Assembly (NCBI GenBank): GCA_965116475.1
Contig: OZ220691.1
Coordinates: 1,056,001-1,120,000 of the forward strand
Reading direction: 5' to 3'
Length of the DNA stretch: 64,000 nt
From: Gemmatimonadota bacterium
GTDB taxonomy: Bacteria; Gemmatimonadota; Gemmatimonadetes; Palauibacterales; Palauibacteraceae
In this document: positions 19,262 through 28,046 of the stretch, piece by piece
How the letters are laid out: each line of letters begins with the position of its first letter
How positions within the stretch are numbered: position 1 is the stretch's first letter
Position numbers and translations under genes: made by a program
The notes under the pieces: generated by a model
What the model was told of the DNA's origin: nothing
The model's input: only the letters and a program-made list of their open reading frames with translations
The model's database searches: none

Positions 19262-20539
19262 GTGCGTCTGCGCGTCCTGGTCCGGCTCGCCCTCAGGAAC
19301 CTGCGCCGTCATCTGCGGCGCACGGTGCTGACCGCTTCGGCGATGATCGTCGGCGGCGCCTTCCTGGTTTGGTCGATGACGGTCGACGACGGCAGCCACG
19401 AGCAGTGGGTCGATTCGGGTGTGCGCATGGGGAGCGGACACGTGACCGTCGAGCGGCCCGAGTACCGGCTGCGCCGTCAGATCGACAACCGCCTGACGAC
19501 GGACGTCAGCCGCGCCGCGGAGCAGGCGCTGGCCTCTCCGGAGATCGCGCCGCATGTCGTGGCCACGTCCGCCAAGCTCGGCATCAACGGGCTGGCGAGT
19601 TCGGCGGCCGGGGCGCGCCCGGCGCAGATCGTGGGGGTCGACCCCGTCGCCGAAGCGGGCTTCGGCATGATCGACGACGGAGTGGTCGAAGGGCGCTACC
19701 TCGAGCCCGATGATCGGCTGGCGGCCTATGTCGGCGCCGATCTGGCCCGCAGCCTGGGACTCGAGATCGGATCGCGCTTCGTCGTGCAGGCGCAGGGCGC
19801 CGATGGCGAGATTGCGGGGCAACTGCTCCGCGTGGTAGGGATCTTCCGCAGCCGCGTGCCCGCCATCGACCAGGCGACGATCCACATCACGCTCGCGACG
19901 GCCGGCGAGTGGCTCGGTTCCGGGAGCGACGTGACCCACGTCGCGGTCGTCCTGCAGAGCAGCGATCGGACCCGACGGGTCTCGGACCACCTGGCGGTGG
20001 CGCTGGCGGAGCCGGTGGAACGCGGCGAGGCACGCGTCGTGGGGTGGCGCGAGGCGAACCCTGTCCTGGCGGCGGGGATCGCGATCGACGAGTTCGGGAA
20101 TTACGTGATTCAGGGGTTCCTGTTCGTCATCATCGCGTTCGGGATCGTCAACACGGTGCTGATGTCGGTGATGCATCGCCAGCGCGAGTTCGGCGTGCTT
20201 CAGGCGCAGGGGCTGACGCCGGGCCAGACGGGCACCGTCGTGCTCATCGAGGGCCTCACGCTGTCCGCTGTCAGCGGGCTGGTCGGCGTCGTCCTGGGAC
20301 TCCTGGGCACGTGGTATTTCTTCGGCGACGGGCTCGACACGTCGGTCTTCATGCAGGACATCGACGAGTTGACATTCTCGGGGGCCGCCGTTGACCCTAT
20401 CATCGTCCCGATCTTCGGGGTACGACGCATCATCCAGATCGTCGGGTTCATCCTCGGCATTGGCATTGTCGCCTCGGTCTATCCGGCGCTGCGCGCTTCC
20501 CGGGTCGATGTTACCGAGGCGATGAAGTTCGATCGGTAG
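19262..20539 (+). CDS. ABC transporter permease (FtsX/LolE-MacB type)
   Basis: ALRNL.RH.RRT.LT, NTVLMSV..R.REFG, YPA.RASR; GTG at 19262. Confidence 0.88.
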   Translation: MRLRVLVRLALRNLRRHLRRTVLTASAMIVGGAFLVWSMTVDDGSHEQWVDSGVRMGSGHVTVERPEYRLRRQIDNRLTTDVSRAAEQALASPEIAPHVVATSAKLGINGLASSAAGARPAQIVGVDPVAEAGFGMIDDGVVEGRYLEPDDRLAAYVGADLARSLGLEIGSRFVVQAQGADGEIAGQLLRVVGIFRSRVPAIDQATIHITLATAGEWLGSGSDVTHVAVVLQSSDRTRRVSDHLAVALAEPVERGEARVVGWREANPVLAAGIAIDEFGNYVIQGFLFVIIAFGIVNTVLMSVMHRQREFGVLQAQGLTPGQTGTVVLIEGLTLSAVSGLVGVVLGLLGTWYFFGDGLDTSVFMQDIDELTFSGAAVDPIIVPIFGVRRIIQIVGFILGIGIVASVYPALRASRVDVTEAMKFDR

Positions 20540-20585
20540 CCGCTCTCGTGCCGACCCCTTGCCGCGCAAGGAGAATCGAGGTGTG

Positions 20586-21287
20586 ATGGCAGTGCGCGAC
20601 ACGGCAGCCGCCCGGACCGACGGCGTCTGGAAGGTCTTCCAGCAGGAAGCCGAATCTGTGCAGGCGGTCCGCGACGTCAGCCTGACCGTAGAACGTGGCG
20701 AGTTCACCGCGCTGGCGGGGCCGTCGGGGTCCGGCAAGACGACGCTGCTGAATCTGATCGGTGGTCTCACCCGCCCCACGCAGGGACGGGTCTGGGTCGC
20801 CGGGCGGGAGGTGAGCCGCATGTCGAACCAGGAGCTCGCGCGGCTCCGGCTCGAGGAGGTGGGCTTCGTCTTCCAGGCCTATAACCTGCTCCCCGTGCTC
20901 TCCGCGCTGGAGAATGCGGAATTCCCGATGCTGCTCCAGGGCGTGCCCGCGGAGGAGCGTCAGGCGCGGGTCCGCGAACTCTTTGCGCGGACGGGAATGG
21001 AAGGGCTCGAAGACCGGCGCCCGGGCAAGCTGTCCGGCGGCCAGCAGCAGCGCGTCGCCGTCGTGCGCGCGGTGGCCAGCCGTCCGGCCCTGGTGCTCGC
21101 GGACGAGCCGACGGCGAACCTCGACTCGGTCACGAGCGAAGCGCTCCTCGATGTCATGGGCGAGTTGAATCGCGACCTCGGGGTGACCTTCGTCTTCGCC
21201 ACCCATGACGGCCGCGTCATGGAGCGGTCTCGGCGCCTGGTCCGCATGGTCGACGGCACCGTGCGTGACGACGAACGCCGATCCTAG
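20586..21287 (+). CDS. ABC transporter ATP-binding protein (LolD-like)
   Basis: GPSGSGKT, GFVFQ.YNL, LSGGQQQR, ADEPTANLD, THD. Confidence 0.93.
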   Translation: MAVRDTAAARTDGVWKVFQQEAESVQAVRDVSLTVERGEFTALAGPSGSGKTTLLNLIGGLTRPTQGRVWVAGREVSRMSNQELARLRLEEVGFVFQAYNLLPVLSALENAEFPMLLQGVPAEERQARVRELFARTGMEGLEDRRPGKLSGGQQQRVAVVRAVASRPALVLADEPTANLDSVTSEALLDVMGELNRDLGVTFVFATHDGRVMERSRRLVRMVDGTVRDDERRS

Positions 21288-21360
21288 AACCTGTCCCGGT
21301 CGCCTGTACGGCGTGCCACCCGCCTGGACACCGCACCGGTCATCGCCTGAGGCGCGAGCA

Positions 21361-22476
21361 ATGGACATCCACGAAGCGATAGCGATCAGCCAGGAGCGAT
21401 TGGCGGGGGAAGGCGCCACCATGCATGACCTGCTCGGGCCCCTGCGAGACAGAATCGCTCCCGTACTGATCGGGGAGCAGGAGTGGGAACACGTGCTGGC
21501 GCGGGCGGGAACCCTGCCGATCACCATGGGTGCCCAGCCGTTCGGTTTCGAGCTGCCGCTGCACGACCGTCGGCCGCGGGCGGATTTCGGCGTCTCGCTG
21601 GCGAGCGGCAACCGGTCGGGGGCGTTTTTCGAAGAGAAGGCGCGACGCGATCCATCGGATCGCACGGCGGCGGCGGTCCGTCGCCTGTTTCGCAGCATGG
21701 AGGCCGCGGACTCGCCCCTCCGCGCCATTGTCGGCCGCAAGCTGATGCTGGAATACGACATCGGGTCGGGGGGCGACGGCGATCCGCTGCCGGGGATGTT
21801 CCTGCGGCCCAACGAACGCACGATCGCCGGCGGCGCCGGGCAGCAGCACGATGTCGGCGTCGTGGTCGACGGACTCGTGGCCTGTCACGACCTGGAACCG
21901 AGCGCGGCGGAGCGGAGCAACGCCGAGCGGGTGTATCTGGCGCAACCGGAAGATACCCGCCTCGACTCCTTCGGCCTGTTTCCGTCACGCGCACGCACGA
22001 TCCGCCTGGCGATCATGGGCTTTGCCGGGCAGCGGGATGTCTGTTCCTTTCTCGAGGAAATCGCCTGGCCCGGCAACATCGCGACCGTGGAGACGGTGCT
22101 TGCACGCTTCAGCGAGCGCGCGGACATCGTCAGGACCGGCGTGAACGTCGACGCGCAGGCGGATGGCATCGGTCCGGCGCTCGGCCTGACGCCCATAGTC
22201 AGGCAGAGATATGCGGCTGATTCCCGGGTCTGGATCGATGGTTTGACGGATTGGCAGCCGGTGCTGGAGGCCCTGCGCCACGAAGACCGTGTAGTGCCGG
22301 AGAAGGTCGCGGCGCTGGCCGGCTGGGTCTCGCAACCGACCCTTCTGTTTGGCAGAACCGGGCGGTTTGTACTGATGCGCGGAATTCACCATCTTAAGCT
22401 GGTCATCGCCGGAGACCGGGTTGAACAGATCAAGGCCTATGTCTACATGGTGCTTTCGGGTGCCCTCGCGCCCTGA
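21361..22476 (+). CDS. Hypothetical protein of the RiPP cluster (possible PT-barrel prenyltransferase fold)
   Basis: Clean 371-aa ORF directly upstream of the halogenase; FGFE, LEYD, WPG, C-terminal HLKL...KAY; fold call is speculative. Confidence 0.6.
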   Translation: MDIHEAIAISQERLAGEGATMHDLLGPLRDRIAPVLIGEQEWEHVLARAGTLPITMGAQPFGFELPLHDRRPRADFGVSLASGNRSGAFFEEKARRDPSDRTAAAVRRLFRSMEAADSPLRAIVGRKLMLEYDIGSGGDGDPLPGMFLRPNERTIAGGAGQQHDVGVVVDGLVACHDLEPSAAERSNAERVYLAQPEDTRLDSFGLFPSRARTIRLAIMGFAGQRDVCSFLEEIAWPGNIATVETVLARFSERADIVRTGVNVDAQADGIGPALGLTPIVRQRYAADSRVWIDGLTDWQPVLEALRHEDRVVPEKVAALAGWVSQPTLLFGRTGRFVLMRGIHHLKLVIAGDRVEQIKAYVYMVLSGALAP

Positions 22477-22512
22477 TGTCGGCCTCCCGGCGCGCCCGGG
22501 GAGGTCGCCACG

Positions 22513-23823
22513 GTGAAGGAACTCGGCAGCGGATCGTGCAGGAAGATTGCCGTCGTCGGACGCGGCACCGCGGGCGCGCTGGCCGCCGCCAGCGTATCGC
22601 GGTTGCAGCCGGAGCCCGAGCATGAGCTGCACCACATCTACGATTCACGCATTCCGATCATCGGCGTGGGCGAAGGAAGCTGGCCCGGCCTGGTCCGCGA
22701 GCTGCAGCACCTGCTGCAGTTGCCCCACGAGACGGTTCAGCAACGCCTGAACGGCACCCGCAAGTTCGGCAACCGCTTCGAGGGCTGGGGTCGACGCCGA
22801 CAGGACTTCACTCACTACTTCACGCCGCAACAGGTGGCCTACGCCTACCACCTGTCGGCGGACCTGATGGCGGAGCTGCTGTGCGCGAGTACGCAGGCCC
22901 GCCACATCGACGCGAAGGTGACCGCGATCCGGCGAGTGAACGGAGGCGCACAGGTAGAGTTCGAGGACCGTGAGTCCGAGCGCTACGACCTGGTCTTCGA
23001 TGCCCGCGGCTATCCACGGCAACTGGACCCGCAGAAGCACATCGACATTTCCTTCATCCCCACGAACTGCGCCGTCATTCGCCGCGCCCCCCCGGTCATC
23101 GAGGCGCCGCCGAACGCGCCGGTCCGGGAACCCACGTATACCCGTGCAGTGGCGCGTCCGCACGGATGGGTGTTCGTCATTCCGCTGACCGTGCACACAT
23201 CCTACGGCTATGTCTTCAACAAGGACGTGTCCGGGCTCGATGCGGTCGAGGCGGACTTCGACGAGCTGCTTGCGGAGGAGGGTGTGTCGGACTTCGAGCA
23301 GCGCGCCGTCATTCCGTTTCCGAATTTCGTCCACCGCCGGATCTATGACGGCGCCGTGGCCCGCGTCGGGAATGCCGCCGCCTTCATGGAGCCGCTCGAA
23401 GCGACCGCCATCAGGTTGGCGCAACTGCAGGTCGCGCTGATTCTGCGCATGCGGTTCCACCGGCCAGCCGAATATGTGCAGCGCGACGCGCCCGTCATCA
23501 ACCGCTTTCTGGTCACCGACGCGCTCCTGGCCGGCCTGTTCGTCGGTTGGCACTATTCCTGCGGTTCGAAGTACGACAGTGCGTTCTGGCGCAACGCCCG
23601 GGACCGCGTGTGGCCGAACCACCGCGACGCCGCCGATCCGCGGGCCGTGGACTGTTCCGCCTTGCGCAAATTCGACGAGATGATCGAACTGGTCGACGCG
23701 CAGGTCCCCGATCCGGCGGACTGGGAGCGGCAGTGCGCGTTCTTTCCCGTGAGCAGCTTCGCGCAGATAGCCCACGGCCTGGGCGTGCCATTGGAGTGGC
23801 AGCGCGACGCCCGGCCGACGTAG
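22513..23823 (+). CDS. Flavin-dependent tryptophan-halogenase-family enzyme (SrpI-like peptidyl halogenase)
   Basis: GRGTAG FAD motif, IIGVGEG, catalytic Lys region TRKFG, GWVFVIP (WxWxIP-like), FMEPLEAT. Confidence 0.88.
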   Translation: MKELGSGSCRKIAVVGRGTAGALAAASVSRLQPEPEHELHHIYDSRIPIIGVGEGSWPGLVRELQHLLQLPHETVQQRLNGTRKFGNRFEGWGRRRQDFTHYFTPQQVAYAYHLSADLMAELLCASTQARHIDAKVTAIRRVNGGAQVEFEDRESERYDLVFDARGYPRQLDPQKHIDISFIPTNCAVIRRAPPVIEAPPNAPVREPTYTRAVARPHGWVFVIPLTVHTSYGYVFNKDVSGLDAVEADFDELLAEEGVSDFEQRAVIPFPNFVHRRIYDGAVARVGNAAAFMEPLEATAIRLAQLQVALILRMRFHRPAEYVQRDAPVINRFLVTDALLAGLFVGWHYSCGSKYDSAFWRNARDRVWPNHRDAADPRAVDCSALRKFDEMIELVDAQVPDPADWERQCAFFPVSSFAQIAHGLGVPLEWQRDARPT

Positions 23824-23871
23824 CCGGCCGGCGGCCGACGCCGCCGCCCCCGGGTCACCGCCGTGCCCCGG

Positions 23872-25044
23872 TCAGAAGTACCAGCTCAGGGAGAGATACA
23901 CGAACAGGCCCGCCAAGCCGTACTCCGAAGGCAGCGGACGGGCGGCCGTGGCGTCGTCGTCACCCAGACCGAGGAATGCGCCCGTGACCACCGCCACATC
24001 GTTACTGGCTGAGTAGGCGACGCTCGGGCCCATCGTTGCGCTCCGGTCGTTCAGGTTCCAGAGCACGAGACTGCTCAGGCTCCAGAGCGGATGCACCTGG
24101 TAGGACGCCCGGACGACCGCCTCGTCCCGTCCGAGCACCTGATGTTCGCCGCGCAGGAATGTGGCCGATCCCAGGGTGGCCAGGTACGCGTCCGGTCCGT
24201 CCGCGCCCAGGCCGTCGCGCTGGTACTCGGCCGCGAGCGTCAGGTCCCTCCCGCCGACCTGGAGCTGCCGGTCGAGACCGAGCGTGCCGCGGAGAACGAC
24301 CCGGTCCGGGAGTTTGCGCAGCACGGCCTCCCCTCGGACGGCCCAGCCTCCCAACGATCCGGCCGCGCCGAGGGCCCCCGCCGGATCCCCGTACACGATC
24401 CCGCCCCATGCCGAGACTTCCCAGTTCCGCACCGTCGTGAGACCGCGTATCAGCGCAGTCACCTCCTCCTCGCCGGCCAGCGACCGGGTCGGTCTCACGA
24501 CGAGGTCGATCTCGCTCAGCGCGCTCGGAAAGAAACGGAGCCGGGCCGCGTCGACCCCGGCGCGGAACTCCCGGAACGGGTCCACCGGGTTGAAGGGCGT
24601 GTACGGATCGCTCGGCGTGAGAAAGAGCGCGGTGCCCCACGACACCGCCTGCCGCCCCACGGTGATCTCGAAGCGCTCACTCCCCCACTCGACGTACAGG
24701 CGATCGAACCGGTGCCGCCAGACGACATGGTCCCGCTCCGCCGCCGTCCACTGGAGTCGGAGCCACTCGCCGCCGCCGGGCACCGCGCCGAGGTGGAACT
24801 CGGGCGCCTGGGCGAGGCTCCGGAACGTCAGCAGATGCTCGTAGGCGGCGCCGAATCCAAAGGCTCCCGCGCCCCACTCTCCGAAGAGTCGCACCCGGTT
24901 GAACTCGCCCAACTGGCCTTCACGGGTCCCGACGAGAGGAATGGCCTGGACGTAGCCGTTCAGCTGCATGGCCTGACCGGATGAAGTGTCGCAGAGAGCC
25001 GAGAGCAGCACGGCCGCGCAGGCGGCCCCGGCGCGAAGCCTCAC
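23872..25044 (-). CDS. Outer-membrane beta-barrel hypothetical protein
   Basis: DRLYV, GRQAVSWG, GVDA.R, amphipathic strands, terminal SWYF; start uncertain. Confidence 0.7.
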   Translation of the reverse strand: MRLRAGAACAAVLLSALCDTSSGQAMQLNGYVQAIPLVGTREGQLGEFNRVRLFGEWGAGAFGFGAAYEHLLTFRSLAQAPEFHLGAVPGGGEWLRLQWTAAERDHVVWRHRFDRLYVEWGSERFEITVGRQAVSWGTALFLTPSDPYTPFNPVDPFREFRAGVDAARLRFFPSALSEIDLVVRPTRSLAGEEEVTALIRGLTTVRNWEVSAWGGIVYGDPAGALGAAGSLGGWAVRGEAVLRKLPDRVVLRGTLGLDRQLQVGGRDLTLAAEYQRDGLGADGPDAYLATLGSATFLRGEHQVLGRDEAVVRASYQVHPLWSLSSLVLWNLNDRSATMGPSVAYSASNDVAVVTGAFLGLGDDDATAARPLPSEYGLAGLFVYLSLSWYF

Positions 25045-25282
25045 CGTCCCTGGAACCTCCGCTCCCACGGTCCATCGGTGAGCCTCGGCATCATCCTCCC
25101 CCCGTTCGCGCCCACGGTCACGCCGACACCGGCAATCTACATTCTCAGCGTAGTACCGAACACTCGGCGGCGATTCCGACACCTGCACTGCGTACTCGGA
25201 CGTCCTATATTCCCCCGATTCTCCGCTCAATCCGAACGGGATTGTCCGTGCTCGATACCTGGTGGGGAGGCGAGGCAGGGTC

Positions 25283-25834
25283 GTGTTCAATAATCCGTTT
25301 GATTCGTTTCACGACACCGTTGCTGAAGCAAAGCAGGAACGGGAACAACTCGACCGGCTGCTGACGATTTCCACGCCCCGGGAGCGTCTGCTCGTCGCCG
25401 GCGTCGGGCTGTGGTTGTTGATCTTCGTGACGTGGCTCTTCTTCGGTAACGTAGCCCGCAGCCTCGCGGTGGACGGTGTGCTCGTCGACCCCGGCACAAA
25501 CCTGTCCGAAGCCGGCCGGTCCGTGCAGGCGCTGGTCTGGATCGAGAACGACGTCGCGCCGCAGATCAGGGCAGGGATGCCGGCGGTGATGGAGCTGGGT
25601 GCGGCGGCTGGAGAAGCGGGCGCGATGAGCGCAGAAGTCGCGGCGATTTCCGCCGTTCGCTCGTCCGAGGTTCCCGCCGCCTTCGAGTCTGCGGTGCCGA
25701 TGTCGTTGCACCGCCTCGATATCGCGCTGGACGAGAACCTCGACCTTGCCGCCATGGCGGGCAGGGAATGCCGGATCGTCATCGATATGGGCACGCAGTC
25801 TCCGGTCGCGTTCTTGCGGATGGGGCGGTCATGA
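25283..25834 (+). CDS. Short NHLP secretion (HlyD/membrane-fusion-like) protein
   Basis: EQLDRLL.I.TPR followed by TM helix and W.FFG; C-terminal G..C...I....QSP; directly upstream of the C39 transporter. Confidence 0.7.
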   Translation: MFNNPFDSFHDTVAEAKQEREQLDRLLTISTPRERLLVAGVGLWLLIFVTWLFFGNVARSLAVDGVLVDPGTNLSEAGRSVQALVWIENDVAPQIRAGMPAVMELGAAAGEAGAMSAEVAAISAVRSSEVPAAFESAVPMSLHRLDIALDENLDLAAMAGRECRIVIDMGTQSPVAFLRMGRS

Positions 25835-25835
25835 T

Positions 25836-28046
25836 ATGGCGCTGACCGCCTTCGGGCGCGCTGGCGACAAGGCCGCACCGAGCGTCGAGACACGGCGGAT
25901 CACCACGCCGATCCTGTTGCAGATGCACGCGTCGGAATGTGGCGCCGCCTGCCTCGGCAGCATCCTCGCCTACTTCGGACGCTGGGTTCCGCTGACGGAA
26001 TTGCGGGAAAGATGCGAGGTGAGTCGGGACGGGAGCAGTGCGGCGAGCATCGCGCGCGCCGCCAGGCACTACGGCCTCGAATGCAGCGGACTCAGCCTGC
26101 GCGCCAGTCAGCTGAAGAAGTTGCAGTTGCCTCTGATCGTGTTCTGGCAGTTCAGCCATTTCGTTGTCCTCGAGGGGTTCGACAGTCGCCACTTCTATCT
26201 CAATGATCCGTCCACGGGGCGGCGCAGGCTTTCGGCGGAAGAGTTCGAAAAGGGCTACAGCGGGATTGCGCTGCGATTCAAGCGGGGCTCCGGTTTCAGA
26301 CCCGGCGGCGAACAGCCCGGATTGTTCACGCAGTTGGGCACCCTGCTCGCCGGATCGCGGAGCGTGCTTGCCTGGGTGATTGCCTGCGGTCTCATGTTGA
26401 CGCTGCTGGCCCTTGTCGTCCCCGCATCCCTCAGCGTGTTCGTGGACGATGTTCTGGAGAACCGGGGCCCCTGGGGCGGGCTCGTGGCTGCCCTGCTCGG
26501 CGGCGGCATCCTCGTGTACGTCCTGTCCCTGCTCAAGCATCGGTTCCTGAAGCGGTTCGCGGTTCGGATCTCGGTGATTGGCTACAGTCGAGGCCTGTCG
26601 CGGCTGCTGCGGCTGCCGGTGGAGTTTTTCGAACACCGTCTCGTAGGCGATCTGACGGATCGAGTCTCGTCCATCGACAGAATCGCCAGGAACCTGACGG
26701 AACAGTTCCTGGTGCTCGTTATCGACATGGGAATGAGCGCCGTGCTGCTCGTTGCCATGTTGGTCTACGATGTCCGGCTCACGCTGGTTGTGTTGCTTCT
26801 GGCCTTTCTGCACGGCGTGCTGGCGCACTTTCTCAACGGGCTCAGGGCGGTGCGAAGCCAGGCGATGAGGCGCGAACAGGGACTGTTGATCGGCGTCGGC
26901 ATGCAGATGCTGAATCACGCCGACAATCTGCGCATGACGGGATCGGACGACCGTCTGTTTTCGCGCTGGAGCGGCCATCAGGCGCGCGAACTGGAGGCCC
27001 GCCGGCACTATTCCGCGCTCGGCTCGGTCAACACCGCGCTCCCGGGCATGATCGCCGCACTTCGCAGCGCGGCGGTCCTGGCCATCGGGGGAAGCCTGAT
27101 CCTGGCCGGAGAGATGACCCTGGGCGCGCTGGTCGGGTTCTATATCCTGGCCGAGATGTTCCTGTCGCCGGTTGGGCGCTTCCTGGAGTTCGCCGGGCAG
27201 CGCCAGGCGCTCGAAACCGATCTGCAGCGACTCGAGGATATCTCGAAGGCCGCGGAAGACCCCGCCTTCAGCCGCCGGAGTCCGCAGTCGGAGTCGATTC
27301 CCACCTTCAAGGGCCGGTTCCAGCTCACCGGCCGGCTCGAGCTGCGAGACGTCAGCTTCGGCTTCAACAAGAGCCGGCCCGCTCTGATCAAGGACTTCAA
27401 TCTCGTAATCATGCCGGGGCAGCGGGTTGCCGTGGTCGGTCCCAGCGGATCCGGCAAGTCGACCCTCGCGCGTCTGATTGGCGGTCTCTATCAGCCCTGG
27501 TCCGGCGAAATCCTGTTCGATGGCCACCCCCGGGATGAGATTCCCGAGGAGGTGCTGCGGCGGTCCATCTCCATGGTGGATCAGGAGGTCGTGCTCTTTT
27601 CCGCGTCCGTGCGCGACAACATCACCCTGTGGAACCCCGCCGTTCCGGATGAGGCCATCTTCGCGGCGACACGCGATGCCCAGATCCACGACGAAATCCT
27701 GCTGCGGCCGAACGGGTACTCGACCCGGGTCGAGGAAGGCGGCGTGAATTTCAGCGGCGGCCAGCGCCAGCGGCTGGAGATCGCCCGGGGGCTGCTGGGC
27801 AATCCGACGCTGCTCATTCTGGATGAGGCGACCAGCGCCCTCGACGCCGCGACGGAGGAATACGTCGATGACGCCCTGAGACGTCGCGGAGTCACCTGCC
27901 TGATCGTGGCGCACCGGCTGAGCACCGTGCGGGACTGCGACGAGATCATCGTGCTCGACAAGGGCGTCGAGGTGCAGCGCGGGACGCATGACGAGCTGAT
28001 GGCGGACCAGGCCGGCACGTACTACAAGCTGGTCAGGTCCGGCTGA
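25836..28046 (+). CDS. NHLP family bacteriocin export ABC transporter, C39 peptidase/permease/ATPase
   Basis: TP.LLQM...ECGAACL, HFVV, NDP catalytic triad; GPSGSGKS, FSGGQRQR, LDEATSALD. Confidence 0.93.
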   Translation: MALTAFGRAGDKAAPSVETRRITTPILLQMHASECGAACLGSILAYFGRWVPLTELRERCEVSRDGSSAASIARAARHYGLECSGLSLRASQLKKLQLPLIVFWQFSHFVVLEGFDSRHFYLNDPSTGRRRLSAEEFEKGYSGIALRFKRGSGFRPGGEQPGLFTQLGTLLAGSRSVLAWVIACGLMLTLLALVVPASLSVFVDDVLENRGPWGGLVAALLGGGILVYVLSLLKHRFLKRFAVRISVIGYSRGLSRLLRLPVEFFEHRLVGDLTDRVSSIDRIARNLTEQFLVLVIDMGMSAVLLVAMLVYDVRLTLVVLLLAFLHGVLAHFLNGLRAVRSQAMRREQGLLIGVGMQMLNHADNLRMTGSDDRLFSRWSGHQARELEARRHYSALGSVNTALPGMIAALRSAAVLAIGGSLILAGEMTLGALVGFYILAEMFLSPVGRFLEFAGQRQALETDLQRLEDISKAAEDPAFSRRSPQSESIPTFKGRFQLTGRLELRDVSFGFNKSRPALIKDFNLVIMPGQRVAVVGPSGSGKSTLARLIGGLYQPWSGEILFDGHPRDEIPEEVLRRSISMVDQEVVLFSASVRDNITLWNPAVPDEAIFAATRDAQIHDEILLRPNGYSTRVEEGGVNFSGGQRQRLEIARGLLGNPTLLILDEATSALDAATEEYVDDALRRRGVTCLIVAHRLSTVRDCDEIIVLDKGVEVQRGTHDELMADQAGTYYKLVRSG

